A program made the translations under genes and the position numbers. Below, piece by piece: positions 52,575-64,000 of a stretch of DNA of 64,000 nt. The stretch comes from Eutreptiella sp. 'Long Island Sound 2002' (lineage: Eukaryota; Protista; Euglenida). The DNA lies in the NCBI GenBank assembly GCA_964036045.1, contig OZ038378.1:199516001-199580000 (forward strand), written 5' to 3'. The notes beneath the pieces were generated by a model. It did not search any database and was not told the DNA's origin. It worked only from the letters and a program-made list of their open reading frames with translations. Numbering within the stretch: position 1 is the first letter of the stretch; every line of letters starts with the position of its first letter.

Positions 52575-53010
52575 CGCCCATAACGGCTCCATCTGTGTGC
52601 TCAAGTAATTGTAGATAGGCATGAGGTTAAAGGATGGCTGCTTGGAAAGCTCTTTCGGACACCGCCAATTATCTCTCACCTTCACTGCCTTGACTTATTG
52701 TAGAGCCAAGTGTAGTTCGGTTTTGCTCCCTTGGTGGCTTGCAAAATCACCATTTTTATCCAACCATTCGTGCATGGCCCCAATGGCTTACTTTTGCCTA
52801 AAGCCCGTGACCACACCCAGGTTTGGGGCCGAAGCTTCGGATGGGAATGCATCCTTCAAGTCTTCATGTTCACTGCCATCGTATGGACCGTCCAACACGT
52901 CGCACAGGTCGTCCTTGTCATCATTGACCGCGGTCGGCTAATAAGAGCACAAGGGCATCTTTTCAAGCTCCATAGGCTCATAGTATGGTACAATATAGGC
53001 TCAAGTGACC
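52575..53010 (-). pseudogene. Decayed exon with splice sites retained
   Basis: A single frame runs from ttgcag|GTC to AC|gtgagt, protein-like (DDKDDLCDVLDGPYDGSEHEDLKDAFP...), interrupted by four point stop codons without a frameshift. Confidence 0.55.
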
Positions 53011-53129
53011 TGCAAGCCATTCCACTGCAATAAAATGTTCAAAAGGATCTCTCTATCTTAATGAGAAGAATGTTAAATTTGTATAGGTACTAAATTGTCA
53101 AATTTCTACTTTTGCGAAAAGCAGTTACA

Positions 53130-53860
53130 GTTGCGCGTGCGTGACCAATGTAGACAAATCTTGTATTTGTGCGTGTATTTCTTTGTGCGATTTGTAGCAA
53201 AACATTTTGTTCAACCAGCGACTCCCAGGCTATGTTGACAGCTGCTAATGATCTTTTCGGGCTAACTTACGGACAATTGAATTCTGTCTTACTTGAAGTG
53301 GCTGCAATTTTCGGTGTCAATTCCAAGAATTCAGTACGATGTTCACAATTCACCTATGACGGTGAGCTTCCCAGTAGCGATTCCTTAATTTCGCACGACG
53401 TCAGGCAGACATACCGATTTTGTTTGCGATAGAAGGCCTTAGCAGCTCTCTTTGCAACAAAATGGGTTTTTATTTGCACGACAATCTATTTACACAACTC
53501 GTGAGCCTGACATTGGTAGTGCGAGTTAGTTGTGTGTCATTTTACGATGTGGTCCATCTTTGGTGAATGCTCTGTGTTTCATTCGAAGTTTGACGGTCTG
53601 TTTTGAAGAACACCTTTCATCTAAGTTACAAATGCCCAACTTAGGCGTGACTTTGGTAGCTAGCATAAAACTCGACAGCATTCCTCATTCTAGAGAACTT
53701 TCCGTTGTAAGTACCAAATTCCGCTCACGGCGTGCCACAGATCAATGGTCTAGCTCATTGGCCCATCGGCGTTTTGGCGGATTCTCTGCCTCTTCCACTA
53801 CATGGTCCGCAGAGATTTCATGTTTTGTAGCTTTTCAAGTGTGAAAGCGTGTTTTGCTGC
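53130..53860 (-). pseudogene. Decayed coding segment upstream of the previous exon
   Basis: Protein-like frames (HEISADHVVEEAENPPKRRWANELDH; KTHFVAKRAAKAFYRKQNRYVCL) with stops and a frameshift. Family not recognised. Confidence 0.4.
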
Positions 53861-54253
53861 ATTTTATAAAAAGGAGGACGCATTCATGGACATTAGTACG
53901 TGTCTTTGTTTCTTTAACCAGTTGTTAACCACCACATAGTTCTACCGGGTTAACATGTAATAATTTTTGAAGTCCTTTGTTGCATTGCAATGGGCTTTGG
54001 CCTATACATCCAACATTTCCCCAAAAAACACAAACAAACCTCCTTCAAATCCCCAACACCGACGACGTACAAGGCAAGGTCATGACCACGAAATCGGAAG
54101 GGATTTCGAAACGATTCCTTTCACATGTTCTGAGAAAAAATGAACAAAGCGGGGCATATAACATTGTAATATAAGCAAAACAATGCATACATGCACTATG
54201 AACACGGGTCTCCCCCCAACGCGTGGTGCCGGTGCACCGACGCGTTTGGAAAC

Positions 54254-56104
54254 TGTAATGGGAGTGTGCCCATAAGGCCAAAAGCTGTTGTATTTGACAG
54301 CAGAGCACTGCTTTGCAGCGCTGAGGCTATATTCGGCGGCCTTTTGGCGCCAGAAGGACAGATCGCGCGCACGCATGGATTGCGTGTGAGTTCATGATAC
54401 AGACAATGAACAGAGCCGATAAATACCGTTTTATATTGCGTCTGTTATTGTTTTTATTATTGTCTGTGATGCTGCAGTGCCTTCTCATTTATTACAGGCA
54501 CTTTCAGCATATTTGCAGCTCTTCGCCAAATTCATCGTTGGGGAGCGCTGATGCTACGCCGCAGTCCAGTCCCAAGGGCAAACGAGGACGACGTGCTGGA
54601 CAAGCAGTGCGCCGACGTCAGGCAGCACAGTCCTTGCTAGAGATATTGGACGGCATCGCGGCGCCAGCCAAAGGCGCTCGACACTCAAAGGGTTAAGGCG
54701 CTGTAAGCGCCATGTTGCTACCTGAGGCGCTGCATGCGCCAAGCCACGTGGGCCTGTTAGGCGCTGGGCACTTTGTTCAGTGCCATGGTCAGTGGCGAGA
54801 GCAGGGCGTCCACGACAGGGCTGCTGCTCTCACAGTGAGCAGTGGCGTTGCCTCAAGGCGCCAGAGGCCTGTACGCGTCCGTGGCACTGGAGCTGTCATT
54901 TCTGTGGGCAGTCCTGATGTCCCAAGGCGCAAGATGCCTTTTTTTTTTCTGCTCGGTGGCGGCCATGTGCCTTTGGCACACATGTCAGGAGATCTGATGT
55001 AGATTTACTGGCATCTCAAAACGACTTGGTGAACCAAGGCCGCAGCATGCTTCATTTTGTTTTCTACGTGCTTGTATATGGCCATGGATAGTCGTCTTTG
55101 CCTTTATTTTAATTGTAATGCCTTAGGCTGTCCGTTTCGCGCCATTGGCCTTATACAATTATTATAAATTCCCTCCTGGGCGCTACACTGTACGCGCCAC
55201 GATATATGTGCAGTTTTTAGTGGGTATACACTGCTGTGTGAGTCCCACATAACACAGGTTTCTGTGTATGCATAAAGCATTTGCACTGCACGGCACACTG
55301 TGCACCATACAGCAGAGCACCATACACCAAGCACTCCACACCACTCCATCCGCACAGCACTATAGCATATGCTTATACCAACCACGGTTTGACGTTCATC
55401 TGTACGGGTGTTGGCCTGGTGCCTGAAGCAGCATTGTTTTTGCGCCTTTATGTATGGTCACCCACCCATGTTTATGGGTTATCAGCTTGTCTGCACACTC
55501 CTCTAAGGGTCGTGTGCAGAAGCTTAGGAGGGGAGTGTAATGGGAGTGTGCCCATAAGGCCAAAAGCTGTTGTATTTGACAGCAGAGCACTGCTTTGCAG
55601 CGCTGAGGCTATATTCGGCGGCCTTTTGGCGCCAGAAGGACAGATCGCGCGCACGCATGGATTGCGTGTGAGTTCATGATACAGACAATGAACAGAGCCG
55701 ATAAATACCGTTTTATATTGCGTCTGTTATTGTTTTTATTATTGTCTGTGATGCTGCAGTGCCTTCTCATTTATTACAGGCACTTTCAGCATATTTAATG
55801 AACTCGTCAGCAACTCGATCAATATTCAACTAAGCAGTTCGTCTTCGTGTGCCGCCATGGTTCTGTGAGGTTTGCTGTGAGTACAGTGCGACTGTTTCAT
55901 TTTACGGTGAAGAGCAAAGTTTTGCAGCTTGGTCAAAAGAGCAAGGTTTTGCAGCTTGGTCAAGAGAGCACGGTTTTGCGGTGAGATCAACTAAGAAGTT
56001 TTGTGTGTTCGGCACTTTACAGCATATTTCAAGAATCAAAATAAAACCAGCTTGGGTCAAACTTTTATAATAAGAAAGAAGACAAGAAGCAAGGTTTTAT
56101 TACA
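54254..56104 (+). mobile_element. Nested non-autonomous LTR element inserted in the other LTR
   Basis: TGTAAT...ATTACA ends; 4-bp TSD AAAC (54250-54253 / 56105-56108). The empty site is seen in the 57496-58265 LTR. PPT AGGAGGGGAG (55526-55535) precedes a 569-bp 3' LTR (55536-56104); the 5' LTR is truncated at about 54514. Confidence 0.9.
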
Positions 56105-57495
56105 AAACCCAATCAGCATATGCATGCAAACCCCAACTGATGGGCTGTCATTTGGTGCATGTAACTTCAGGATCTGAGCTACCTACGATTTTATAAAAAA
56201 TCGTGAACATGGCCTACTTGGGCCAAAAAAAACTAGCGCGGAACGGCGCCGCGATAGTGCCGTAACATCCGCTTATGCTTAAAACTGATATACAATTAAT
56301 CTAAGCAATAAAACTGATTGAAAACTCTTAAAAATTGTCAGAAATCGAGATTTTCTGGATCGGCGCGCGCGATCTCAGGACTGGCCGTCGCCGACCCAAA
56401 CTCAGTTTTATAGTACAGAAAATGGTGAAAACACCATCAATGTAAAACTACAGAAATTGCTGATCCACTGATACCAACACTGTCCAAAACAGTGCTGGGA
56501 TCGTGGAATTCTGTGTGTGTACATATATCAGGATTTTGCACTGAAAAAAGCGAAAATATAGGTTGCACGAAAACCTTACACTCCCCTCCCAAGTCCTGAG
56601 ATACATCCCAGGCTGAAAAGCACAAAGAAGGTGTAGTGCAACAAAAAAATTGGGAGGGAAAAATGCAAAGCATTTGGGTTGGGTGTTAACCACCACATAG
56701 TTCTACCGGGTTAACACTCCCCTCCCAAGCTCATACACACCCAGCCAGAACATGGGTGGGGTCTGGGGCTGATTCTCCCAAGACAACCCGGAGAAATATG
56801 TGTTTTTCTCCAAAAAAATGTTTTAGACAAAAACAAAAAATGGTAAACAAACAAACAACCACAAAAATGCACTTGTGTGATGTCCTGACCCTGAAATCAA
56901 AGACATCGCAAAGCAAATCCAGGGCTGCAGCTGAAAAAATAGCGTAAAGGAAGCACAAATTGCTTAAGATAATAATAAAAAAATTCACATATAAGTGTCT
57001 ATGCAAAAATTGAACAAATGAACACAAATGAGTTGATTTGGCTCAAAGATTCTTCTTTAACGTAAACCAATCGCCTCAGCGCGTCCCCAGTCAAGATCAG
57101 TTGTAGGCATATGAGATGTCCCATCCGGTAACAATCTCCATCACGTCAAACCATCCAAATAGCAGGAAACCATCCACCTTTGTAGAGTAACCCTTGGAGT
57201 AAGTCTTGATGGCCTCCAAGTGTCAATCCATGGGGCGTACCAAGGCCCAGGGCTGTCGTCGTCGAATTCTGTCTTCTACCAAGTCGTCGACAGCGCTGTA
57301 GGTCGCTGCCATAGCTCATAGGTCTTCAATTGCTTCAATAAATTCAAAGATGTCCTCCAATAATTTTTTGGACTCCTTCAACTCAAACATGTTGTTGGGG
57401 TTTGCCAATTCCTTCACGTAGTCAATTCATAGACCTCGTCGTCGTCGTCTTCAGCGTCGTCGTCGTCGTCGTCGTCGCTGAGGGCGTTTCGAAAT

Positions 57496-58265
57496 TGTAA
57501 TGATTTTTGAAGTCGTTTGTTGCATTGCAATGGGCTTTGGCCTATACATCCAACATTTCCCCAAAAAACACAAACAAACCTCCTTCAAATCCCCAACACC
57601 GACAACGTACAAGGCAAGGTCATGACCACGAAATCCGAAGGGATTTCGAAACGATCCCTTTCACATGTTCTGAGAAAAAATGAACAAAGCGGGGCATATA
57701 ACATTGTAATATAAGCAAAACAATGCATACATGCACTATGAACACGGGTCTCCCCCCAACGCGTGGTGCCGGTGCACCGACGCGTTTGGAAACCCAATCA
57801 GCATATGCATGCAAACCCCAACTGATGGGCTGTCATTTGGTGCATGTAACTTCAGGATCTGAGCTACCTACGATTTTATAAAAAATCGTGAACATGGCCT
57901 ACTTGGGCCAAAAAAAACTAGCGCGGAACGGCGCCGCGATAGTGCCGTAACATCCGCTTATGCTTAAAACTGATATACAATTAATCTAAGCAATAAAACT
58001 GATTGAAAACTCTTAAAAATTGTCAGAAATCGAGATTTTCTGGATCGGCGCGCGCGATCTCAGGACTGGCCGTCGCCGACCCAAACTCAGTTTTATAGTA
58101 CAGAAAATGGTGAAAACACCATCAATGTAAAAATACAGAAATTGCTGATCCACTGATACCAACAGTGTCCAAAACAGTGCTGGGATCGTGGAATCCTGTG
58201 TGTGTACATATATCAGGATGTTGCACTGAAAAAAGCGAAAATATAGGTTGCACGAAAACCTTACA
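57496..58265 (-). repeat. 770-bp LTR (5' LTR of the minus-strand element)
   Basis: TGTAA...TTACA termini. Nearly identical to 53956-54253 joined to 56109-56580. Confidence 0.9.
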
Positions 58266-58319
58266 CCAGTGAAGCGGTACCCAGAACCCCATGGCTAGGT
58301 CACGTTCTCCGGTCCACTA

Positions 58320-59960
58320 ACCCTATGCACGGAAGGGAAGATGCCCGTTGACGCTCCGTTCCGTGCCGTAAGGCCCCGCATCGGCAAACGATGCACCGCC
58401 AGCGGAGATTTGTGTATCAGAATATCAGGAATCAACAGGGTTTTACTTTCATATTGTTTCCGTCAATTTTTACGCTTCCGTTCTGTTATTCACTGTTTTG
58501 ACTGCTGGCGGTTGGATCGCGACCTTACCTTAACCGCCAGTTTAACTGTTTATAATGGAAATTTTAACGCAATCCGTCACGAAGGCTCCAAAGCCTTCAG
58601 GAACTGCATGGACGCTTCCGCAATTTTCACATCTTACACTCGCAACCTTAATCCGAATTTTTCAGGATGTCGAAATCGGATTTTCGACTTCGACATCCCC
58701 GCACTTGATTTGACCTCTTTCGAGTGGACCTACGTGCTTCCCTATGCACGAATCAACTTTCCCTTTATCTTGCCCTCCATTTGACTCAGAGATATGGGCA
58801 AAACAAAGTTGATTCGTGAGGCCACTTGTGAGGGTCATATCTCGTGCCGCTTGCGAGTATTGACAATAAGGAAACGTGGGATGTATTCACAATACTCCCG
58901 ACGTAATTTAGGAAGCATTATATGCCATGCTTCTCCACACGTGCGCGCTAGTGTAATGGATCATGGTCAAGAGGGTAGAGTTTGCGTTACAACTCATTGG
59001 CCATGATATTGCGTGCGTTAAGATAACTTTCGAGTGTAGCGCGCAAGTGTTGGTGTAGCATAGGAACTCTTCTTGAGTTCCTATGAGCGATTTGAAGCCG
59101 GTTCGGACCCCCGTGGCCATCTTGGGGTCACTTGGGGTGTGTATCTATGTGCCGGCAAGCCGCCATTGGCTGATATCATATTCTCCCATCCACCTGATCT
59201 AACCCGATGTGATAGTGTGATAGGTTTGGCCATCCCGGCTATGAGCGGCCATATTCAGAACCGAGGCACCGCCAGCGGAGATTTATATATCGGAATATCA
59301 GGAATCAACAGGGTTTTATTATCATAATGTTGCCGTAATTTTTCAGCCTTTCGTTCTGATGGTCAATGTATCGGCGACTGTCAGTTGGCTCGCGATTTTG
59401 CGTTAACCGATTGGTTAACTGTTATTTCCAGATATTTTGGCGGATATTCCGTTGAAGGGTCAGATTTCATCAGCAAAGGCTTCGTTGCTTCCGCACTTCT
59501 CTAAATAAGCACTCGAAATTTTTATCAGAATTTTTCGCGATGTCGAAATCGGATTTTCGACTTCGACATCGCCGCACTTGATTTGGACTTCTTCGATTGG
59601 TCATACTCCTTTCCCTATGCCCGAATCAGGTTTCCCTTATACTTGCCACCCATTTGACTTGGAGATATAAGGGAAACAAAAGCGAATCGTGGGATCACTT
59701 TGAAGAGCCATATCTACGAGCGAGTGTGAGGAAAGAGAATAAGGAAGGTTGGGTTGGAACTGCCTTGGTCTCAACTTAATTTAGGAAGCATCAAACGCCT
59801 TTGGTGCGCACACATGCCCGGTGTAGCAAGGGAAAAGGGTCAAGAGGGTATAAAGTGATATATAACTCTTGGACCGTGCAACCGAATATTTTAATGCGAC
59901 TTTCGAGTGTGTCGCATGAGTGTTGGGGTTGCATAGCAACTTTCCTTGGGTTCCTACGCA
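58320..59960. repeat. Diverged 873-bp tandem duplication
   Basis: Anchors CACCGCCAGCGGAGATTT at 58394/59267 and GATGTCGAAATCGGATTTTCGACTTCGACATC at 58666/59539 are both offset by exactly 873. Confidence 0.85.
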
Positions 59961-61113
59961 TTTTTAACGTGAAGTTATGTCAATGGAGGGACATGGCATA
60001 TCATGGTGGGAGCCACATTTTGAGGGTATTTGTTATATGCATGGTATATGTTTGATATGCTCACGCACATGTTATATATCTTCGTGTGGCCGAAGAGATG
60101 GGGAGCCATACGTGACAAGGGCCTTGCCCATGTCCCAATTGTGGAATTCAAAGCGCTAGACCAAGTCTACCGCGTATGTATTGCTCATGGTATGTTTGAC
60201 AAAGAGATCCATGGGTGCACTCCCATTTTCATGGGGCATGTAGATATTAGTGGCGAAGGTATCTCCATGCGCCCGATTGGGGATCCAAGTGGGGGAATTG
60301 TTCGCAAATGGTTCCAATCATTTGTGCATTGAATCATGAGCGGATATCATGGGTGAGCATAGAGATATACTATCATGACAACTTTGTATTTGGTCATATT
60401 ATCATGTTTTTGACCTCAATTTTTGCTCATTTTTGCGTTTTGTGTACTCACCTGGTCAGCTAACAGCAAGAAGCCTATGGAGAGTCGAACCATGGTATGT
60501 TGTTCATATGTTGGCATATGCTTTGGAGTTGAACACCACCATATGCCGGATCACGTACTCCATTTGGCTTGGCGCACGAAGGATTATGAGAATTGGTCTC
60601 AAGATCATGGGCTGACTTGGGCAGTGTGTGGCGCCCATATCCGAAGGGGTTTCGAGGGTAATATGGGGATGTACATGGGCATTGGCCTTTGGTCTCTATC
60701 CTCCATGAATAGTAGACTTCGATTCCATGCATGCTTGGAGCCTTCGGATAAGTATTAACTTCAATTTTGAGCATATTTTTGATATATGGCCAATATGGTG
60801 TGAATTGGCAGTTTTTTGGCATGTTATGAGTTCAAACTCATAAGTCATTTCTCTAAGCCCATTCGACTCCAAGTCCAACCAAGGTTATGTCAGGGTAGGG
60901 CATGGTCCTGAGTGCCACTTTAGGCCATGACACGCCACTTCTTCTATTGGGCTAGGATTTAGAGGCTTGGGAGTGAACACATTTTTGGGGTTTATGTAGT
61001 GACTTTTGATATATGGCATTTAACCATCTTATTGGACTGGGTTCAGGGCATCATGTTGGTGAGTCAAGGGAAGGTCTTGAGTCCAGGGAATGAGGGGTCT
61101 ATGGCTGTGATTG

Positions 61114-61939
61114 TGTAAGTTTCCATCTTTCCCCAACTTTGCTCTATTTGTGTTCATATGCCAATTTCAGGGCTTTCTTCCTTGGTGCAATTCTTGTACA
61201 TGCCCGCCACCGTGGGAATACCGGTGTGCTGAACGAAAGCCCGCAGCCTGATTTGGATTGTGAATTGGGCTATTGCTGTACCTGTGGGATCTGGTTGCCA
61301 TTCAGGGTTGAAGGAGGATTTTATTTTCTATATTTTTGGATTTGGACCCTGGATTTTGAGTATTTTGAGAAATGCAATCATTGATCCGGAGTAAGTCAGC
61401 AGGGGTGTGAAAGTGCTGCCCTGGGTCGTTGTGGGTGCCGGAGGGCTCGGGGCCGGCAAGACCAGTGGGGCAGGCACGCGAGGAGTCTTCCTGGATGTTG
61501 TTATTGGGGGTAGAACCAGAGACACGGACACCAACGGAGGCGAGAGCAGCGACAACAGAAGCAAGGTCCATGCTGATTGTGGTCCGGCAGAAAATCCCAG
61601 TCTATGAAGAAAATTGAGGGGAATTATTCTAAATACATCTGAGTGTCCAAAACTGTCTGAAAAGATTTAAATAATCCATTTATGTAAAATTGTCTGGCCG
61701 ATCTGGCCCGCGAGCGCGCGTCAGCGGCAAATGGCGATTCCAGCTAAAATAGCGGAATGCGGCGGATTTACGGGAAATGGACCGCGGAATCAAATCCGGC
61801 ATATCAGAAATATATAGGAAATATCCTGTGACTGAGCTGCGAGGCGGCGATTCCGCCGAAGCAAAGAAAATGACCAAAATGTAGCCAATCTGGGCAGAAT
61901 GTCTGAAAATCTGAGCAGATGGGGCTAACCGCACTTACA
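61114..61939 (-). repeat. Probable 3' LTR of the chromovirus (about 826 bp)
   Basis: 7-bp inverted ends TGTAAGT...ACTTACA, with a PPT (plus-strand CTCCCCCTCC, 61940-61949) directly adjacent. The left boundary is inferred from the inverted end only. Confidence 0.6.
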
Positions 61940-63584
61940 CTCCCCCTCCAAAAACACACTGGGGTGTGTCGCTACGTCAACGAAGAACGTAGTGCGGGTA
62001 AGTCCCAGAAAAACATAGAAATGTAGCCTCGATGGGGCGAAATCTGCTTGATCTGACCTGATTTGGGCTGAATTGGCACTGAATCAGGCTGGATGAACCT
62101 GAAATGAGACAGAATGAGAAGTGACGAACAGTCCTCCGTGCAGTAAAACATCAGGTTAGGGGCTAAAAAGCATGTAAACGTATCGAGAATCGATACCAAA
62201 CCATGCATTGGTTGAGAATGAGGTAGATTATTGGTGGATTGAGTGGGGGGATCAAGAATTGGAGTGACATCTCAGCGCTCTGGCACAGTTTCGCTGTCGC
62301 GGGCACGCTACGGTGTCCTCGCCGAACTCTACATCGTGTTATCCCGCTTTCGTCGTTCTGAAAACTGCAGCATGTGGCTCAGATTTGGCGCATCTGGTGG
62401 ATGATCACAAAATTGAGCAAGAAAGAGAGTCAAATTGAGCAGAGATTAAGGGGATGAGACAATCACAGTGCAGATAAACAAATACACATGTAGTCTACAG
62501 ACCCTAAGTGAACCACCGAAGGTAGAAATGTTCTTCTGTTCACTTAGATCTAAACAGATCTTCGAGGAATGATGGGAGATGACAAGAAAATCAATCTAAA
62601 TTGTCCTAACGTCAGCATATTCCCTAAGATGAAGGTGAAATGAAGCGGAATGTCTGGAACTGAAACTACTAACACTTTCGTTTAGACTAAAGTTAATATA
62701 TATTGTCGTTTATTCAGCTCAATTGTGCTTTCCGGCACGTTGGTTCGCGAGCATCTAACAGATGCTATCAAAATGTGGATCATGTGATGATGCATCATGA
62801 TGGGACATGCTGGCCCTGGATCCTTGGCATGTAACGCGCCGAAGGTTCGCTGAAGGCACTTTACTGACAGTATATAACTGAGAGACACCGTATTTACAGT
62901 GGCGGTGGTGTCAATCGACTTGGACAAGGCCAATCTTTCGATGGAGTCCCACAAGACACTTGGATTCACCATTCTCGACAGTTTCTGGTCGGATTGAGCT
63001 CACATTGGCGTGTGCCAAAAATACAACGAAGCTTACGGACTTCAGAGGTTGCTGTTAGAAGTCCCTAGAGCTCCTAGATGAAGATTGTCTGAACAATTGA
63101 CGTCTGGGTTTCGTACAACAGTGGCAGATTGATGGACAAACCTGAGAAATTCAAGGTAAATTTGAGGATCCTGGATCTGAATCTGGACTTTGGCGCTAGC
63201 ATCACAGCAAATGAAGGTAAGATCTGAGTTCCTGGCGTCGCATCTGGTGCAGCCAGTACTACAGGGGTTGCCTGTAGGGGTGAATGTCGCTGGCCAGCGT
63301 TTTGATTATGTACATTTGCTTCCATCTGCACGAGTAGCCAAATTCCAAAGATGCACAGACCAACAGAGACAAGATTACCCCGAATCTGCCTGAATTAAGC
63401 CTGAGTTTGGGTTTATCTGAACACGGCAGCACACTCCGTCAGCGTATCTACGCCTTGTCTGCCGAACGGAGACCAAAGAAAAGTTGATTGACGTCAAATT
63501 ATCAAACATTCGCAGTTCTCCACATCATGACATAAACAGAAAGAATGAACAGTGGATTGAGCAGAATGTGGTAGGATGGCTTCC

Positions 63585-64000
63585 TCAATTCGGCCAAGCA
63601 CGAATACATGTGACCACCAACCTGTCTGGCCTGGCCCTCGTACGGCTTGGGCGCTGCAAATCAGCGGCCGAACTTGAAGCTTGGTCCTCATTTGGCTCCT
63701 GGGCTGGCCTAACCGCAAGAGGGGGGATCGACGGATCAGCCCTGGAATGTGGCTGCTGAGGGCCGTAAAAGGCTGGATCTCGATTCACCACAGGTCGTTT
63801 TCCGTCGCTCTCCACTTGTCTGTCTGGTTTCGACGAACAATCTGTCAGGAGTACGCCAATTTCGGGGTGCTTCTTCAGGAAGTCAATGAACCCCTTGGTG
63901 TATCCATGGACAAAAGATTGGGCTGGTTCCCAGTTGTTGTGACTGGAATCAAAGCCCCTCCACTCACACAGAAATTCCCATTCGCCCTTGGCGTCACGTC
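63585..64000 (-). mobile_element. Ty3/Gypsy chromovirus pol C-terminus (chromodomain), runs off the window
   Basis: Open frame RDAKGEWEFLCEWRGFDSSHNNWEPAQSFVHGY matches the chromodomain eYlvkWkG...ntWEP pattern. It is upstream of a PPT and LTR on the same strand. Confidence 0.85.

Larger units (their letters stand above)
53923..58265 (-). mobile_element. Non-autonomous LTR retroelement, TSD-bounded, with asymmetric ends
   Basis: 5-bp TSD CCAGT at 53918-53922 and 58266-58270. LTR 57496-58265 (TGTAA..TTACA); second LTR 53956-56580, split by an insertion. PPT (plus-strand CTCCCCTCCCAAG) at 56581 and 56717. Confidence 0.85.

Noticed and set aside
54394-54696. ORF MIQTMNRADKYRFILRLLLFLLLSVMLQCLLIYY... 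looks like a Golgi type II signal anchor and a tempting N-terminus for the glycosyltransferase
   Set aside because: It is on the opposite strand, lies inside the nested LTR, and is duplicated in the other LTR copy at about 55677.

Overview
Repeat-rich eukaryotic nuclear DNA. It has spliceosomal GT-AG introns, many poly-G/C runs and a TTAGGG-like remnant. It looks protist, possibly euglenozoan, but the taxon is an inference. Three host genes can be reconstructed by hand, all on the minus strand. (1) An apparently single-exon gene with a Cys/His zinc-ribbon-like motif (6301-6912). (2) An FkbM-family SAM methyltransferase in six phase-compatible exons (12782-18985, 5' end unresolved). (3) A six-exon gene spanning 18 kb (29801-47949, 5' end unresolved) that joins a METTL24/FkbM-like methyltransferase domain to a GDP-fucose-type fucosyltransferase domain (GGLGNRL...LRRGDK...LSDD). 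The rest is transposon debris: Harbinger/IS5-like and pogo transposase remnants, LINE zinc-knuckle and RNase H remnants, MITEs, minisatellites, decayed spliced ORFs and an LTR nest. The nest contains a TSD-bounded element with mismatched ends (a 33-bp mini-terminus and a 770-bp LTR) and a nested LTR element. To its right lies the 3' end of a chromodomain-bearing Ty3/Gypsy element. All protein family calls come from motif recognition by eye, not from database searches.
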